From Prevotellaceae bacterium (lineage in GTDB: Bacteria; Bacteroidota; Bacteroidia; Bacteroidales; Bacteroidaceae), in assembly GCA_029218445.1 (NCBI GenBank), contig JAQXRI010000010.1, forward strand, positions 2,381 to 66,380: a stretch of 64,000 nucleotides of DNA, in the 5' to 3' direction. Position numbers and translations under genes: made by a program. The notes beneath the pieces are model-generated. The model was not told the origin of the DNA. It saw only the letters and a program-made list of their open reading frames with translations, and made no database searches. Of this stretch, positions 8,746 through 18,612 are shown piece after piece (positions within the stretch are counted from its first letter, which is position 1; each line of letters starts with the position of its first letter).

Positions 8746-10541
8746 CTCATATCCTTCACCATCTTGCGATACATGCCATACATACGCTGGCGTGAAATGT
8801 ACCCCTTCAGATGCTGCTCGTGATCAAGCACCGGCAACCAGTCGGCATGGGTATTGTCAAACGTCTTCATCACTTTAGTCATCGGAGCGTCGTCGTCGAG
8901 CGTTGCCGCCGGATTGGTCATCAGCTGCTTGGCTTTAAAGTGATGGTAGAGTTCTATTCGGAATACCACATGGCGTATTTTGGTAATGTCGATTTCGCCC
9001 AACAGGCTACCGGCGGCGTCAACCACAGGCAGGAAGCTGTTACGGCTTCGGCTTATCTTGTGTACGATGTCGCCAAGCTCCATCTCAGGGTCAACAGGCA
9101 TATAGTTGCGGTCAATCACACTGTCAAGGCTCATCAACGTAAGCACAGCATGGTCGGTATGATGCGTAATGAGTTTTCCTTTCTTTGCCAAACGCATGCC
9201 GTATATGCTGTGTGGCTCAAATATGTAAATGGTGAGATAAGAACACACGCTTACTATCATCAGCGGCACAAACAGGTTGTAGCCCCCCGTTATCTCGGCA
9301 ATGAGGAATATTCCCGTCAGCGGAGCATGCATCACTCCCGACATTACTCCCGCCATGCCCAACAATGCGAAGTTCTTCTCCGGCACATATACACCTATAT
9401 TATATATGTTCCACAAACGGGCGAAAAAGAATCCGCTGAAACAACCTATGAAAAGGCTGGGGGCAAAAGTACCGCCACATCCGCCGCCGCCATTGGTGGC
9501 CGACGTGGCAAACACCTTCGACAATATTACCAACGCCACATAAAGCATCAGCAGATTGGTCTGACCGGCAAACAACGAATTGCTCATCACACCATTCCAG
9601 TCGGCCTCAGTACTGCCGTTGAGCAGAAGGTTGATGGAGCTGTAGCCCTCGCCAAACAACGACGGGAACAAAAATATCAACATGCTCAGCGTCACTCCAC
9701 CCAAAGCCAACTTTACGTATGGCTTGTCCTTAAACTTGGCGAAAATATCCTCGCAAAAGGTCATGGTGCGAATGAAATACAGGCTCACAAGGCCACAGAA
9801 TATGCCCAACAAGATGCACGCCGGAACTCGCTCTACCACCCAGTCGCCATCCAAGTGAAAGCTGAACAGCGAAGTTAAGCCACTAAATATATAGGTGAAG
9901 CATGTGGCGGTGACACACGATATCAATATCGGCAGCAACGATGCCATGGTAAGGTCGATCATCAGCACCTCAAGCGTAAACACAAGGCCTGCAATAGGAG
10001 CCTTGAATATGCCTGCTATGGCGCCTGCGGCTCCACAACCCACAAGCAGCATCAGCGTCTTGTTGTCCATGTGGAACAGCTTGCCCAGGTTTGAGCCAAT
10101 GGCAGAACCCGTAAGCACTATAGGTGCCTCGGCTCCTACCGAACCACCAAAACCAATGGTTATGCCCGACGCCACTATCGACGACCAGCAGTTGTGTCCA
10201 CGCAACCTGCTCCGCTTGCTGCTTATGGCATACAATATGCGCGTTATTCCGTGGCTGATGTTGTCCTTCACGATATAGCGCACGAAGAGCGACGTTAGAT
10301 AGATGCCCACCACTGGATAAACAAGATAGAGCCAGTTGGCCCCTGTCTTGTCGAACGAACTTGTCAGGAGCGCTACAATCTGGTTGATTACGCCGTGAAG
10401 CAACAGTGCAGCTATGGCCGAAAAGAATCCTACAAGAAAAGCCAAGATAAGCACAAAAGCCCTCTCGCTGACATGCTCCTCACGCCAGCGGCAAAACTTT
10501 TGGAACCATCCGTTTTTCCCGCTTAATTCATCCTTGTCCAT
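8736..10541 (-). CDS. ClC-family chloride channel/antiporter with C-terminal CBS domains
   Basis: GGSVGAEAP, IFKAPIAG and GGTFAPSLFIG motifs; hydrophobic core followed by a CBS pair. Confidence 0.93.
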   Translation of the reverse strand: MDKDELSGKNGWFQKFCRWREEHVSERAFVLILAFLVGFFSAIAALLLHGVINQIVALLTSSFDKTGANWLYLVYPVVGIYLTSLFVRYIVKDNISHGITRILYAISSKRSRLRGHNCWSSIVASGITIGFGGSVGAEAPIVLTGSAIGSNLGKLFHMDNKTLMLLVGCGAAGAIAGIFKAPIAGLVFTLEVLMIDLTMASLLPILISCVTATCFTYIFSGLTSLFSFHLDGDWVVERVPACILLGIFCGLVSLYFIRTMTFCEDIFAKFKDKPYVKLALGGVTLSMLIFLFPSLFGEGYSSINLLLNGSTEADWNGVMSNSLFAGQTNLLMLYVALVILSKVFATSATNGGGGCGGTFAPSLFIGCFSGFFFARLWNIYNIGVYVPEKNFALLGMAGVMSGVMHAPLTGIFLIAEITGGYNLFVPLMIVSVCSYLTIYIFEPHSIYGMRLAKKGKLITHHTDHAVLTLMSLDSVIDRNYMPVDPEMELGDIVHKISRSRNSFLPVVDAAGSLLGEIDITKIRHVVFRIELYHHFKAKQLMTNPAATLDDDAPMTKVMKTFDNTHADWLPVLDHEQHLKGYISRQRMYGMYRKMVKDMSED

Positions 10542-10548
10542 GACTCTG

Positions 10549-11118
10549 TCATTTCCTTATTATTTCCACTTCGCCTCCCAAGCCCAGCTTTATTATGCTT
10601 GACGGCTTGTGGGGCTTATGTTCCTGACGTCGCGTCCAGCACACATAATCCACGGCATCGATAATCTCCTGCGAGATGTCGCAATAGTTTTGTGCCGTTG
10701 GCTCGCCTGAAATGTTTGCCGAAGTAGAGACGATGGCTTTCTGAAACCTGTAGCACAGTTCTTTCGAAAACGCCTCTTTGGTTATTCTCATGGCAATGCT
10801 TCCATCCTCGGCTATAAGGTTGGGAGCCAAGTTGACGGCTCCGTCAAGGATAACTGTCGTTGGTGTATCAACACAGTCAAGCAGTTGCCAAGCCACGGCA
10901 GGCACCTGACGCACGTAGCGTTGCAATCTTGCATCGCTGTCAACGAGGCAGATGAGGGCCTTGGAGTCCTCCCTTTTCTTTATTTCATAAACCCTGGCCA
11001 CAGCCTCGGCATTGGTGGCATCGCACCCAATACCCCACACCGTGTCGGTGGGATAGAGTATCACCCCACCCTTCTTCATCACCTCGACGGCATTTCTTAT
11101 GTCTTCTTCTGTTTTCAT
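10549..11118 (-). CDS. tsaC: L-threonylcarbamoyladenylate synthase (Sua5/YrdC)
   Basis: YPTDTVWGIGCDA, IKKR and STSANISG motifs. Confidence 0.93.
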   Translation of the reverse strand: MKTEEDIRNAVEVMKKGGVILYPTDTVWGIGCDATNAEAVARVYEIKKREDSKALICLVDSDARLQRYVRQVPAVAWQLLDCVDTPTTVILDGAVNLAPNLIAEDGSIAMRITKEAFSKELCYRFQKAIVSTSANISGEPTAQNYCDISQEIIDAVDYVCWTRRQEHKPHKPSSIIKLGLGGEVEIIRK

Positions 11119-11137
11119 ATATGTTAGTTGTTTTGTG

Positions 11138-11167
11138 AAGGGGTGAGAAGTGTACTTCTCACCTCTT
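11138..11167. terminator. Hairpin directly after the prfC stop
   Basis: AAGGGGTGAGAAG-tgta-CTTCTCACCTCTT; only a weak U-tract. Confidence 0.4.
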
Positions 11168-11169
11168 AA

Positions 11170-12738
11170 TCAAAACTCACTCGTAAAATGGAATTTTATC
11201 TTCTTGAAATCCTCTTGTGCCATACTCAGCACGTAGCCGCTGTCGGCAAGGAACACGTCGCGGCCGTCCTTGTCCTTGGCCATATACTGATACTTGCGCT
11301 TCTTGAAGTTCTCGAGTTCAACAGCATCGTCGCTCTCTATCCAGCAGGCCTTATACAGGTGGATGGGTTCCCAACGGCATTTGGCATTGTACTCGTTTTC
11401 GAGTCGATACTGTATCACCTCAAACTGCAGCTGTCCCACCGTACCTATTATCTTACGGCCGTTAAACTGGTTGACAAACAGCTGTGCCACACCTTCGTCC
11501 ATCAGCTGGTCGATGCCCTTCTGCAACTGCTTGGCCTTCATCGGGTCGTCGTTCTCAATATACTTGAACAACTCTGGCGAGAAGCTCGGCAAGCCACGGA
11601 AGTGAAGCTGCTCGCCGTCGGTAAGCGTGTCGCCTATCTTAAACATGCCATTGTCGGGCAAACCAACAATGTCGCCTGGCCATGCCTCGTCGATGGTGCT
11701 CTTGCGCTGAGCCATAAACTGCGTTGGTGCCGAAAACCTTACGGTCTTTCCCTGTCGCACATGCAGATAGGGCTTATTGCGCTCAAACTTTCCGCTGCAC
11801 ACCTTACAGAAGGCGATGCACGAACGGTGGTTGGGGTCGATGTTTGCCGTAATCTTGAATATGAAGCCTGTAAACTTCGGCTCCTCCGGTTCCACCATAC
11901 GCTCTTCGGCCTTGGTCGGCCGTGGACTTGGAGCTATCTCAACAAAGCAGTTGAGCAGTTCCTGCACACCAAAGTTGTTCAATGCCGAACCAAAGAACAC
12001 GGGTGCCACCTCGGCATTGCGGTATGCGTCGATGTCAAACTCTGGATACACACCATCCACGAGTTCCAAGTCTTCACGCAGTTTTGCAGCATCGGCCTCA
12101 CCTACATGTTCCTCCAAAGCGTCGCTATCAATGTCAACCTCCACCTTTTCAGTCACTCGCTGTTTGTCGGGTGTGAAAAGGTCGAGCTTGTTTTCATATA
12201 TGTTGTAAACACCCTTAAACTTCTGTCCTTGATTGATGGGCCAACTCAACGGGCGCACCTTAATCTCCAGTTCCTGTTCAAGCTCGTCGAGCAGGTCAAA
12301 CGGGTCGCGTCCCTCGCGGTCCATCTTGTTGATGAAGATTATCACTGGTGTGTTTCTCATGCGGCACACTGTCATGAGTTTTCTTGTTTGCGTTTCCACG
12401 CCCTTTGCACTATCCACCACGATGATGGCCGAATCAACTGCGGTGAGTGTACGGAAGGTATCCTCGGCAAAGTCCTGGTGGCCAGGAGTATCGAGGATGT
12501 TCACCTTGTAGTCGAGATAGTCAAACTCCATGACCGATGTGGAAACCGAGATGCCACGTTGCTTCTCAATGTCCATCCAGTCGGATGTTGCCGTCTTTCT
12601 TATTTTGTTGCTCTTAACGGCACCCGCCACTTGTATCTGTCCGCCAAACAACAGGAATTTCTCCGTCAGCGTTGTCTTTCCGGCGTCAGGATGCGAAATA
12701 ATCGCAAATGTCCTTCTTCTGTCAATTTCTTTATTCAC
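11170..12738 (-). CDS. prfC: Peptide chain release factor 3
   Basis: [24 protein letters not shown] and NKMD motifs; GTG start. Confidence 0.98.
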   Translation of the reverse strand: MNKEIDRRRTFAIISHPDAGKTTLTEKFLLFGGQIQVAGAVKSNKIRKTATSDWMDIEKQRGISVSTSVMEFDYLDYKVNILDTPGHQDFAEDTFRTLTAVDSAIIVVDSAKGVETQTRKLMTVCRMRNTPVIIFINKMDREGRDPFDLLDELEQELEIKVRPLSWPINQGQKFKGVYNIYENKLDLFTPDKQRVTEKVEVDIDSDALEEHVGEADAAKLREDLELVDGVYPEFDIDAYRNAEVAPVFFGSALNNFGVQELLNCFVEIAPSPRPTKAEERMVEPEEPKFTGFIFKITANIDPNHRSCIAFCKVCSGKFERNKPYLHVRQGKTVRFSAPTQFMAQRKSTIDEAWPGDIVGLPDNGMFKIGDTLTDGEQLHFRGLPSFSPELFKYIENDDPMKAKQLQKGIDQLMDEGVAQLFVNQFNGRKIIGTVGQLQFEVIQYRLENEYNAKCRWEPIHLYKACWIESDDAVELENFKKRKYQYMAKDKDGRDVFLADSGYVLSMAQEDFKKIKFHFTSEF

Positions 12739-12755
12739 AATCTTATATTTTTTAT

Positions 12756-12900
12756 GTTGAAGATTGAATTATGTTGAAGATTGAAAATTGAAAATTGAAT
12801 TGCTGCGCATTGCTTTCCAGCGCATTGTATTCCAGCGCAGCAATTCAATTTTCAACCTTCAATTTTCAACCTTCAATTTTCAACCTTCAATTTTCAACCT
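12756..12900. repeat. Second inverted pair of 7-bp arrays with TTGAATTGCTGCGC...GCGCAGCAATTCAA core
   Basis: Perfect 14-bp inverted repeat at 12795-12808 / 12835-12848, extended by TTGAA and TTCAA heptamers. Confidence 0.9.
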
Positions 12901-13740
12901 TTCCACGCATTTCCTCAGCGACTCCTCCCAATACGGAATCTCTATGCCGTATGTCTCCTTTATCTTCGTCTTGTCGAGCACACTGTAGGCAGGACGGTTG
13001 GCAGGGGTTGGATATTCGCTCGTGTGCAACGGACGTACATGGCACGTCGTAATGCCGGCAATGCGGTGGATGGCCTTAGTAAAGTCATACCAGCTAATCA
13101 CGCCCTCGTTAGAATAATGGTAAACACCTGGCTTTATGCCCTGTTCCACGGCCGTCATTATGGCGGCGGCCAGGTCGGCGGCATAAGTAGGAGTGCCTAT
13201 CTGGTCGAAAATTACGCCCAGCTCGTCACGCTCATTTCCCAAGCGAATCATCGTCTTTACAAAGTTGTTGCCAAAAGTACTGTAGAGCCATGCCGTACGA
13301 ATAATCATGGCACGCTTGCAGAACTTCTGCACACCCAGTTCCCCTGCCAGTTTTGTACTTCCATACACACTGTCGGGCGACGGCGTATCGTCTTCGGTAT
13401 AAGGAGTATGTGCTTTTCCATTAAACACATAGTCAGTCGAAATCTGTACTATCCAACCGCCACGCTTCTCCACGGCGGCGGCCAAATAAGCCGGTGCTAT
13501 GGTGTTGAGCGATGTGCTCAGTTCCTTGTCGCTTTCGGCCTTGTCAACAGCCGTGTAAGCCGCACAGTTCACTATTCCGTCAATCTCGTTTCTTGCCACA
13601 AAATCGGCCACGGCCAACTGGTTGGTAATATCCAGTTCAGCCACGTCTGTATTAAAGAATGTATGCTGTGGATAATTCTTTTCCAAAAGTTGCATCTCGT
13701 TGCCCAACTGTCCGTTGCAGCCTGTCACCAATATATTCAT
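12880..13740 (-). CDS. rfbD: dTDP-4-dehydrorhamnose reductase
   Basis: TGCNGQLG, NCAAYTAVDKAE, ISTDYVF and YGSTKLAGE motifs. Confidence 0.96.
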   Translation of the reverse strand: MNILVTGCNGQLGNEMQLLEKNYPQHTFFNTDVAELDITNQLAVADFVARNEIDGIVNCAAYTAVDKAESDKELSTSLNTIAPAYLAAAVEKRGGWIVQISTDYVFNGKAHTPYTEDDTPSPDSVYGSTKLAGELGVQKFCKRAMIIRTAWLYSTFGNNFVKTMIRLGNERDELGVIFDQIGTPTYAADLAAAIMTAVEQGIKPGVYHYSNEGVISWYDFTKAIHRIAGITTCHVRPLHTSEYPTPANRPAYSVLDKTKIKETYGIEIPYWEESLRKCVERLKIEG

Positions 13741-13764
13741 ATTTCTTAATTCTAAATTCTTAAT

Positions 13765-14307
13765 TCAAAACTCCAGCCCTTCCTTCTTGTCCTTGAAATA
13801 GTAGTCGTTCAACATTCCTATCAAGGTCGTTATCTCCTTCACGGCATGTGCCGTGTCGGGACTGATTTCCTTTTTCTGCAGGCGGAGCATCATCATGCCG
13901 TAGAGCGAGTTGAAGCAAGTCTCAATCTCGTTCTCGTCCTTGTTGGCCCCACGGTTTCTCAGCTCCACGATATACGGCAGCACCTTATAATATTCAGCCG
14001 TATAAAACGGGAATTTGGTGCTTCCTACAAGCTGCGCATGCAGGTCCTCCAGCATCTGCAGCGTGGTCTTGTTAATCTGCAGATGACCTTTCTCACGGCA
14101 GCCCTCCTCGTTCATCATCCTCAACAGGTTGCCAAACCAGTCAAGTTCCTCCTCTTTCTGCTCGTCGGTATAGTCAAACTTGTCAATATACTCACGTCGC
14201 AGTCGCGACAGCGAGCATCCGAAAGCCCTTATCGTGTCTTCTATTTGCCACATATACAATATGTACTCGGCAATATTGCTTTTTCTCAATTCCTGTGCTA
14301 TAAACAT
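13765..14307 (-). CDS. Conserved Bacteroidetes protein (DUF4924-like)
   Basis: NIAEYILYMWQIED and EKGHLQIN recognised from memory; family not confirmed by a search. Confidence 0.75.
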   Translation of the reverse strand: MFIAQELRKSNIAEYILYMWQIEDTIRAFGCSLSRLRREYIDKFDYTDEQKEEELDWFGNLLRMMNEEGCREKGHLQINKTTLQMLEDLHAQLVGSTKFPFYTAEYYKVLPYIVELRNRGANKDENEIETCFNSLYGMMMLRLQKKEISPDTAHAVKEITTLIGMLNDYYFKDKKEGLEF

Positions 14308-14334
14308 TCCGAAAAATATGGTATTAATTCTAAA

Positions 14335-15012
14335 TCAACTGTTGATGCCAAAAAAGCGGTACAGGTTCGTCACTGTTCCCAAAAACATGATTATCGAGCA
14401 CAGCACCACCACCGCCCCAATAACCTGGTTGATGAGCCTTATTCCGTTGTCGTCAAACTTGCCCCTTATCTTGTCGATTAGCCAAGTCAATCCAAACCAC
14501 CACAGCAGCGCACCCAGCACAATGCTCAAGAAGCCCACCACCATTTCAAACGGATGGTCGGGCATGACAAAGGCAAACTGTGCATAGCACGCCAAAAACA
14601 GGAATATTATCAGCGGATTGGAAAACGTGACGAAAAAGGCCGTCACTCCATTGTGCAACAGCGTCCCCTTGCCATTGCCCGACTTGTGTATCTTTTTTGT
14701 CGGGTCGGACTTGTAGGTATATACACCAAAAGCCAGCAGCATTATGCTGCCCACAATCTGGAGGTACATCTTCGTCTGCTGGTTACTCAACACGTCCATC
14801 ACATAGCTCATACCGTAGCCCGTTATGGCTGCATATATGATGTCGCTCAAGGCAGCGCCAATGCCTGTGATGAAACCATACCACCTGCCTTTGTTCAGCG
14901 TACGCTGGACACAAAGCACTCCCACCGGCCCCATCGGAGCCGATGCTATCAATCCAATCAACATCCCCTTGAAGATGAAATTCAATATGTCAATATGTAT
15001 CTGAAACGGCAT
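14335..15012 (-). CDS. LysE-family transporter
   Basis: SAPMGPVGVLCVQRTL and TFSNP motifs; about six hydrophobic segments. Confidence 0.85.
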   Translation of the reverse strand: MPFQIHIDILNFIFKGMLIGLIASAPMGPVGVLCVQRTLNKGRWYGFITGIGAALSDIIYAAITGYGMSYVMDVLSNQQTKMYLQIVGSIMLLAFGVYTYKSDPTKKIHKSGNGKGTLLHNGVTAFFVTFSNPLIIFLFLACYAQFAFVMPDHPFEMVVGFLSIVLGALLWWFGLTWLIDKIRGKFDDNGIRLINQVIGAVVVLCSIIMFLGTVTNLYRFFGINS

Positions 15013-15141
15013 AACGAGTGCAAAATTGCAAAATTTTTAGTAAACATACAAGTTTTTTGCCCAAAATCTTTGAATAATCACTTATTTTTCCTATCTTTGC
15101 CGTCAAAAACGTAGAACTATTAAAAATATTAAGTCATAAAT

Positions 15142-16122
15142 ATGAACGCACAACCTATTTTAAAGCCGTATGTAATCGGCTTGGACCTGGGTGGAACCAA
15201 CTCAGTTTTCGGTATTGTCGATAGCCGTGGCGACATCAAAGCCACCACAGCCATCAAGACACAAAGTTATCAAAACGTAGAAGATTATGTCAACGCTTCC
15301 ATCGACGCTCTGCAAATCATCATCGACCAAGTGGGAGGTATAGATAAAATCAAGGCAATGGGCATCGGAGCCCCCAACGCTAACTACTACAGCGGCTGCA
15401 TCGAGAAAGCGCCCAACCTCGTTTGGGGCAAAGGCATCGTGCCATTGGCTAAGATGTTCAGCGACCGCCTCGGCATTCCCGTAGCCATGACCAACGACGC
15501 CAATGCAGCTGCCATCGGCGAGATGACCTACGGCGTGGCACGCGGCATGAAGAACTTCATCGTCATCACCCTCGGCACAGGAGTAGGTTCAGGAATAGTC
15601 ATCAACGGACAACTCGTTTATGGCAGCGACGGCATGGCCGGCGAACTTGGCCACGTTACGATGGTACGTGGCAAGGAAGGACGCCTCTGCGGATGCGGAC
15701 GCACCGGATGCCTTGAGGCCTATTGCTCTGCCACCGGCGTGGCACGCACAGCACGCGAAATACTCTCAAAGAGCGAAGAGCCGTCACTGCTGCGCGAGCT
15801 CAACCCTGAGGAAATAACATCGCTCGACGTAAGCATAGCAGCCGGCAAGGGCGACAAGATAGCCAACGAGATATTCGAGTTTACCGGCAAGATGCTGGGC
15901 GAGGCCTGCTGCGACTTCGCTGCATTCTGCAGCCCAGAGGCATTCATCTTCTTCGGCGGATTGGTAAAGGCCGGCGACCTCATCATGAATCCTATCAAGA
16001 ACGCCTACAATGCCCACGTACAAAACATATTCAAGGGCAAGGCCCAGTTCCTCATCAGCGGACTCGACGGTGCCTCAGCAGCCGTACTCGGCGCAAGTGC
16101 CATTGGTTGGGACATCCAATAA
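15142..16122 (+). CDS. ROK-family sugar kinase (glucokinase-like)
   Basis: DLGGT, NDANAAAIGE, TLGTGVGSG, GELGH and CGCGRTGCLE motifs; TATCTTTG promoter element at 15092-15099. Confidence 0.93.
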   Translation: MNAQPILKPYVIGLDLGGTNSVFGIVDSRGDIKATTAIKTQSYQNVEDYVNASIDALQIIIDQVGGIDKIKAMGIGAPNANYYSGCIEKAPNLVWGKGIVPLAKMFSDRLGIPVAMTNDANAAAIGEMTYGVARGMKNFIVITLGTGVGSGIVINGQLVYGSDGMAGELGHVTMVRGKEGRLCGCGRTGCLEAYCSATGVARTAREILSKSEEPSLLRELNPEEITSLDVSIAAGKGDKIANEIFEFTGKMLGEACCDFAAFCSPEAFIFFGGLVKAGDLIMNPIKNAYNAHVQNIFKGKAQFLISGLDGASAAVLGASAIGWDIQ

Positions 16123-16141
16123 TTTTCCTTCATAAAAAACG

Positions 16142-16184
16142 AAAGGGAGCATGTCAGCTCATAGCGGCATGCTCCCTTTTTTTT
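16142..16184 (+). terminator. Rho-independent terminator
   Basis: AAAGGGAGCATG...CATGCTCCCTTT followed by a T run. Confidence 0.85.
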
Positions 16185-16235
16185 CAATCTCCAACCACAA
16201 TTTGCGGTTGCATCTAAACCCATGGTGCCGCTACA

Positions 16236-16471
16236 ACTCTACACTCTACATCTTTTAGGGATAACGACCTTAGTTACAACAGGTTACAGAATGTAGGGTA
16301 TGTTCTCACCCTACATTCACCCTACATTTGCCCTACATTGAACCGCCAATGCCTCGAAAACGAAAAAAATGAAGGGTGAATGTAGGGTGAATGTAGGGTT
16401 GAAAGGCACCCTACATTCACCAACTCTTTGATTATCAGCGCATAATTGCGAAATAATGTAGAGTGTAGAGT
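16236..16471. mobile_element. Non-autonomous palindromic MITE-like element
   Basis: Perfect 16-bp terminal inverted repeats ACTCTACACTCTACAT (16236-16251) / ATGTAGAGTGTAGAGT (16456-16471); internal 11-bp CACCCTACATT units arranged symmetrically. Mobility is inferred. Confidence 0.6.
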
Positions 16472-16542
16472 GTTTGCGGAGCAGGCCTATATATTCACAG
16501 TAATACTTGTTCAGCCAACAAGGCAAACGTCTTTGCCAAGCT

Positions 16543-16608
16543 TGTCACTACTATGACAGTAGGCTGCCATAGTTATGACAGGCGACTGCCTTAACCTGAC
16601 AGTCGGCG
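16543..16608. repeat. Degenerate ~22-bp tandem repeat x3 (TGYCA...TGACAG)
   Basis: TGTCACTACTATGACAGTAGGC / TGCCATAGTTATGACAGGCGAC / TGCCTTAACCTGACAGTCGGC. Confidence 0.55.
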
Positions 16609-16713
16609 ACAAAATGTTTAGTTGTTGAGTTTAGCAAATATAGTCTCATAAAATTATATCTGCAACCCGTTTGGGAGAATGGTTAATCCAATAAAACAGA
16701 AAAAATATGTCGG

Positions 16714-16917
16714 TTAAGACAATTCTCTTAAAAGAGAGTCATAGATATAGGCATCACTTTGTGACAATAATCCTGTAGATGCATCTTGAAGCAATTCGTA
16801 TGTTCGGCTATTGAAAATTGCACTAAGCGCCTGTTGCATTGACAGATTCTGTTCTTCCATCAACCACAAAGCCATCTGGGATGTGACATCTTCAAGTGTA
16901 AATAATTCGTCATTCAT
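16714..16917 (-). CDS. Small helical protein, DUF3791-like, third gene of the cassette
   Basis: 67 aa, ALSAIFNSRTYELLQDASTGL; start overlaps the upstream stop (ATGA). Confidence 0.75.
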   Translation of the reverse strand: MNDELFTLEDVTSQMALWLMEEQNLSMQQALSAIFNSRTYELLQDASTGLLSQSDAYIYDSLLRELS

Positions 16918-17381
16918 ATTTTGCTAAGCGTATTAAGTGAATCTTCTGTGGAAAAGAAATACTGGATGGTAATGCATTTGTATTTAATGGCTTCCATAAA
17001 TTCCTCAATCGATATACGTCCTGATTTTATTTTACGTAACTGCATACCTATTTCATCATCTGCAATAGGACCTATTACAATATCGAAATCATGGAACTGC
17101 TCACGAGTATGATTAGCCCGATTATTCATGACAAACTCTGCCCAAGATAGAGAATACCCTTCAAACTTTTTGACTTTTAATCCATCAAGAGCACATTCTT
17201 TAAAAATATATTTATTAACAATAGGTATCCCGCCATCTATATCAGCGCGACGATTTGCCTGTTTCTCTGCAACCAAGGCATCTGGTGTGAGATAGAAACC
17301 AACACCAAAGTCTTTGCCGACTTTAGATTTAGTCAAGTCTATCTTCTCGATATCAATATTCGAACCGTGGTAAAGTATCAT
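16914..17381 (-). CDS. DUF3990-like protein with ADP-ribosyltransferase-like motifs
   Basis: LYHGSN, KDFGVGFYLT, WAEFVMNNR, DIVIGPIADD and QYFF motifs. Confidence 0.82.
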   Translation of the reverse strand: MILYHGSNIDIEKIDLTKSKVGKDFGVGFYLTPDALVAEKQANRRADIDGGIPIVNKYIFKECALDGLKVKKFEGYSLSWAEFVMNNRANHTREQFHDFDIVIGPIADDEIGMQLRKIKSGRISIEEFMEAIKYKCITIQYFFSTEDSLNTLSKI

Positions 17382-17596
17382 AACAATTCACCTCCCATTC
17401 TATGGCAATAATGAGTTAAGTCTTCTACAACATCACCAAAAGAAAGGGTATGCTCAACATCGTAATGACGTTCTAAGAAATCAATACCATGATAGCGGTC
17501 AAGATAGCGGAACGCATCTTGATTAGAAATCTGATGTGCCAGTGCAAACTCACTAATCACAGCCACGATGTATGCTAAAATCCTTTTCTTATCCAT
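17378..17596 (-). CDS. DUF3791-like small protein
   Basis: ISEFA...AFRYLDRYHGIDFLERHYDVEHTLSF; ATGA overlap with the next gene. Confidence 0.8.
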   Translation of the reverse strand: MDKKRILAYIVAVISEFALAHQISNQDAFRYLDRYHGIDFLERHYDVEHTLSFGDVVEDLTHYCHRMGGELL

Positions 17597-17827
17597 AATT
17601 ATCTAAATTATAATATTGTCAAAGTTTTTATTCCTTCTGCGTCTTTTCAGATTACACCATCTGCCACGCAAATTATTCCCAATAATCTTTCATTGCGCAA
17701 ATTTAATCAATAAAACAGAAACAACCAAACATTTTCGCAAAAAAAACGGGAAGACAATAATTTTTCGGCATAACATTGTCAACTGGAAAGCCGTCCGACT
17801 ACACCTCTTCTCTGCTAATGGAATGGA

Positions 17828-18490
17828 TTAGCGGTGGGGATAGGTTCGGCTCTCCACTGACATCTGAACGCTGAAGTTGGGGGTGACGTTGTAGCGGACG
17901 GCGGCGCCTATGCGGTCGCCCATGTCGTTGAGGTCTTGAAGGTAAAGGGGAATGGGCACATTGGTCGTCATCGACTTCTGACCATAGAGGTAGCCCTCCC
18001 AATGCTCGTCGAACTTGTAGCCGAGAACGGCTGTCAAACCGGCATCGCGATATGCAGAGCTTGCCCAAAACATGTTGTTGAGATAGCCTCCCACGGCAAC
18101 GGAAAGACGTGGGGTGAGGGCAACGGCATACTGTGCCGAGATGTTTTGGGCGAAGCCGACACCACCGTAGGCGTGCTTGCCAAACTGGGAGAACACCGAA
18201 GCTCCAAGACTTAGGTTAAGCCCTTCGTGAAGCCGCCAGTTGCTCCATGTGCCGCCGAAACAGTAGGGATAGAAACCGGCGGAAAGGACCCTTCCGCGGT
18301 CGTCGAGGTCGGGAAGATGGAGGCTGTCGGGAGTCGTGGAGAACTCCATCGGCTGCATTGGAGCCGTCTGCAACAGCGGCTGTGATGCAGGCATTTCGTA
18401 GAGGTCGGGCACTGTTTCCCGCTTGTCTTCCTGCGCAGAGGCTGCGAATGCCACCAATGCCATGATTATGGTCAATATGTGTTTTTTCAT
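17828..18490 (-). CDS. Exported hypothetical protein, probable small outer-membrane beta-barrel
   Basis: Signal peptide MKKHILTIIMALVAFAASAQ; alternating aromatic and Gly-rich beta-strands in the C-terminal two thirds. Confidence 0.75.
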   Translation of the reverse strand: MKKHILTIIMALVAFAASAQEDKRETVPDLYEMPASQPLLQTAPMQPMEFSTTPDSLHLPDLDDRGRVLSAGFYPYCFGGTWSNWRLHEGLNLSLGASVFSQFGKHAYGGVGFAQNISAQYAVALTPRLSVAVGGYLNNMFWASSAYRDAGLTAVLGYKFDEHWEGYLYGQKSMTTNVPIPLYLQDLNDMGDRIGAAVRYNVTPNFSVQMSVESRTYPHR

Positions 18491-18612
18491 ATCTTTCAAG
18501 AATACTTTGTGCAAAAATAGTCATTATTCCCAGAACTTCCAAAACTGACGCCGATTTTTACAAATTATTATGACTTTCATGTTTTGGAAAGAGGATAATA
18601 CAACTACCTCAT

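Noticed and set aside
8581-8823. 80-aa ORF rich in FNFQLS repeats (also 12788-12988)
   Set aside because: Translation of the heptamer arrays, not a credible protein.
11188-12777. 529-aa plus-strand ORF
   Set aside because: Antisense to prfC; such shadows, also opposite purM, pyrF, lpxD, ClC and the porin, follow from codon bias.
16236-16608. Possible CRISPR array
   Set aside because: Units are 11 or 22 bp, adjacent and without unique spacers; no cas genes in the window.
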